A DNA stretch of 64,000 nucleotides from an uncultured Nitrospiraceae bacterium. Lineage in GTDB: Bacteria > Nitrospirota > Thermodesulfovibrionia > Thermodesulfovibrionales > Dissulfurispiraceae. Below the pieces are notes generated by a model, which saw only the letters and a program-made list of their open reading frames with translations, did not search any database and had not been told where the DNA came from. The stretch lies in assembly GCA_963705105.1 (NCBI GenBank), contig CAVPIW010000006.1, forward strand, positions 96,001 to 160,000, read 5' to 3'. Of this stretch, positions 62,079-64,000 are shown in pieces. Within the stretch, counting starts at the first letter, position 1. Each line of letters begins with the position of its first letter. Made by a program: the position numbers and the translations under genes.

Positions 62079-62333
62079 AAGAACAGTGTGAGTGACAGTG
62101 TGAGTGTGAGTGAAAGGAACACTCAGTTCAGTGCAACCGTGAGTGTGGAGTTTGCTCAGGTACCCTTATCGTTGCAATAGGACATCCGGAAAGGCGGGGC
62201 AAAACGCTCTGAAGAACAGTGTGAGTGACAGTGTGAGTATGAGTGAAAGGAACACTCAGTTCAGTGCAACCGTGAGTGTGGAGTTTGCTCAGGTACCCTT
62301 ATCGTTGCAATAGGACATCCGGAAAGGCGGGGC
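62079..62333 (+). repeat. Tandem duplication: 122-bp unit, period 133, one mismatch
   Basis: 62079-62200 versus 62212-62333. Confidence 0.9.
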
Positions 62334-62508
62334 GAAGATGCCGAAAAGCCTTGGTGCTGAGAAACCTATGCCGTCCCATGAGGATTATTTCAAGCGTATG
62401 GTTGATCGCATAAAAGATGAGATCCCGAATGTCCCATTTCAAATGATCATGCTCGCTATCAGCAAGGCGTTGAGGCACTTTGTCCCGCCTTTTCATGCAA
62501 CAGAAAGG
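62297..62508 (+). repeat. Inverted-arm element, copy 10 (divergent interior)
   Basis: CCTTATCGTTGCAATAGGACATCCGGAAAGGCGGGG ... TCAGCAAGGCGTTGAGGCACTTTGTCCCGCCTTTTCATGCAACAGAAAGG. Confidence 0.85.
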
Positions 62509-62570
62509 TTACTTGAACCCGCAACCCGCAACGGTCTTATCCACTGACTACCGCCTGCCGACGTGACCCC

Positions 62571-64000
62571 TCACATGTCGACCCGGGTCAGGACTCCGTG
62601 GAGCTTGTTCGACGGGAGCCTGTGAAACTGCACGAACGTGGGGGTCAGTCTCTTGATCGCCGAGAAGACCGTCCAGACGGGATTCCGGGTGGCGATGTCC
62701 TCGAGGCCGTAAAAGATCGTGTCCTCGTCAATGCCTTCCTCCCTCAGGATCTCCTCCACGTCGAACACTTCCATATAGCCGTACTGGATCTCGAAATGAG
62801 AGAGCCCGTCGGCAAGGGTGCTCTTGTAGAAGCCCGTGACGCCGAAGGGGTCGTCACGCCGCACGATCGAGACGATGATGTTATTTTCGTAGATGATTTT
62901 GTTCGTGAACATCGTACGGACCATATAGGGGGGGATCCTGGAGGCGTCCCGAGCGAAGAAGAGGGCCGTTCCCCGTATTTTGCTCATTGTCCGGTAAACA
63001 TGCTTGTACCGCGGCAGAAAGTCGTTCAGTTCCATGGGCTGCATGGATTTGTACAGCCATTTCTGACCTGTCGTATAGATCATGATCATGCCGAAGGGAA
63101 GTGACGCGATGATGATCGACCAGTAACCGCCGTGGGGGATCTTGAACATGTTCGAATAGAGATAGACGGTCACGATGACCGTGACGAAGACTCCGATCGT
63201 CGCCTTCAATCTGTCTTTGCGGAGAGAGAATATCCAGGTCATGAGGATGCCTGTCAGGACCATGTCCACATTGACGGCCAGGCCGTAGGCAGCGGCAAGG
63301 CGGCTCGACTCCCTGAATTGGACCATGATGAAGAGAACCGCTGCGAGGAGAAACCAGTTCACGAAGCCGATGTATATCTGCGACCTCAGTTCGGTCGACG
63401 TGTAGTCGACCTTGAAAAGGGGCATGATGTGCGTCGTAATCCCCTGGTAGACGATGGAGAAAAGCCCGCTGATCATGGCCTGCGATGCAATGATCGTCGC
63501 GATGATGCTGAGGATGAGAAACGGCGTATAGAGCATCGGGACCTGATGACGGATCATCCCGAAGAGGACGGTCTTCGTTTCCGGATGTGCGATGAGGAAG
63601 GCGCCCTGGCCGAGGTAGTTGAGCAGGAGGGCGACAAAGACGAAGCCCCAGGCCCTGAGGATGGGCTTTCTGCCGAGATGCCCCATGTCGGCGTAGAGGG
63701 CCTCACCGCCGGTGGCGCAGAGGATCACTTCCGACAGCACGAGGAGGCCCAGAAAGCCGTTGTCAACCATGTATTTCACGGCGTACCAGGGGTTGACGGC
63801 CAGGAAAACGGAGGGGAAGCTCATGATCGACACGGTCCCGGAGACGGCGAGGGCGACAAACCATACCGTCATGAGCGGCCCGAAGGCGCCGGCGACCTTC
63901 TCGGTCCCCTTTTTCTGGACCGAAAAAAGCCCGATCGCGATGGCCCCGGCGATGATGATCATCACTTCCTGGCGCGTATTCTCAAGCCCCGGAATCAGGG
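62571..64000 (-). CDS. kup: KUP/HAK/KT potassium transporter (5' end outside the window)
   Basis: TGGEALYADMGH, IASQAMISG, QIYI, LAAAYGLAV, YGYME. Confidence 0.93.
   Translation of the reverse strand, partial: LIPGLENTRQEVMIIIAGAIAIGLFSVQKKGTEKVAGAFGPLMTVWFVALAVSGTVSIMSFPSVFLAVNPWYAVKYMVDNGFLGLLVLSEVILCATGGEALYADMGHLGRKPILRAWGFVFVALLLNYLGQGAFLIAHPETKTVLFGMIRHQVPMLYTPFLILSIIATIIASQAMISGLFSIVYQGITTHIMPLFKVDYTSTELRSQIYIGFVNWFLLAAVLFIMVQFRESSRLAAAYGLAVNVDMVLTGILMTWIFSLRKDRLKATIGVFVTVIVTVYLYSNMFKIPHGGYWSIIIASLPFGMIMIYTTGQKWLYKSMQPMELNDFLPRYKHVYRTMSKIRGTALFFARDASRIPPYMVRTMFTNKIIYENNIIVSIVRRDDPFGVTGFYKSTLADGLSHFEIQYGYMEVFDVEEILREEGIDEDTIFYGLEDIATRNPVWTVFSAIKRLTPTFVQFHRLPSNKLHGVLTRVDM

Noticed and set aside
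62079..62333. CRISPR array interpretation of the 62.1-kb duplication
   Set aside because: The unit is 122 bp with only an 11-bp gap and is made of the dispersed element's modules

Overview
Bacterial chromosomal window, about 60% GC in coding regions. Gene content (RACo-type ASKHA protein, DsrE-like proteins, many multiheme cytochromes) suggests an anaerobic Nitrospirota/Thermodesulfovibrionia-like or deltaproteobacteria-like organism; this is an inference. The core is housekeeping: rnj end, uppP, ftsK, lolA, an in-frame cysE-cysS fusion, rlmB, the tRNA-tuf-rpmG-secE-nusG-rplKAJL-rpoBC cluster, zapAB, slt, ald, aroC, glgB, trmJ, a P-type ATPase and kup. Five things stand out. (1) A YeeE/YedE transporter has two in-frame TGA codons exactly at conserved Cys motifs, each followed by a SECIS-like hairpin; it sits downstream of DsrE/F/H-like genes and upstream of a sigma54-driven exported protein ending in KKKKIEGC. 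(2) A 14-heme cytochrome looks like an ImcH-type module fused to a CbcA-type module, followed by a frameshifted cytochrome b and a 12-heme c7-type lipoprotein. (3) About ten copies of a roughly 200-bp intergenic element have imperfect inverted arms, co-varying pairs and mosaic interiors, and seem to supply start or RBS signals to neighbouring genes. (4) A collapsed type I CRISPR-Cas locus has a truncated cas3 joined directly into a repeat; an orphan I-E-type repeat lies in the same decayed toxin-antitoxin island. (5) An MNT-HEPN cassette is flanked by a 40-bp duplication of the rlmB 3' end. All assignments come from motif recognition by eye; no database searches were run.
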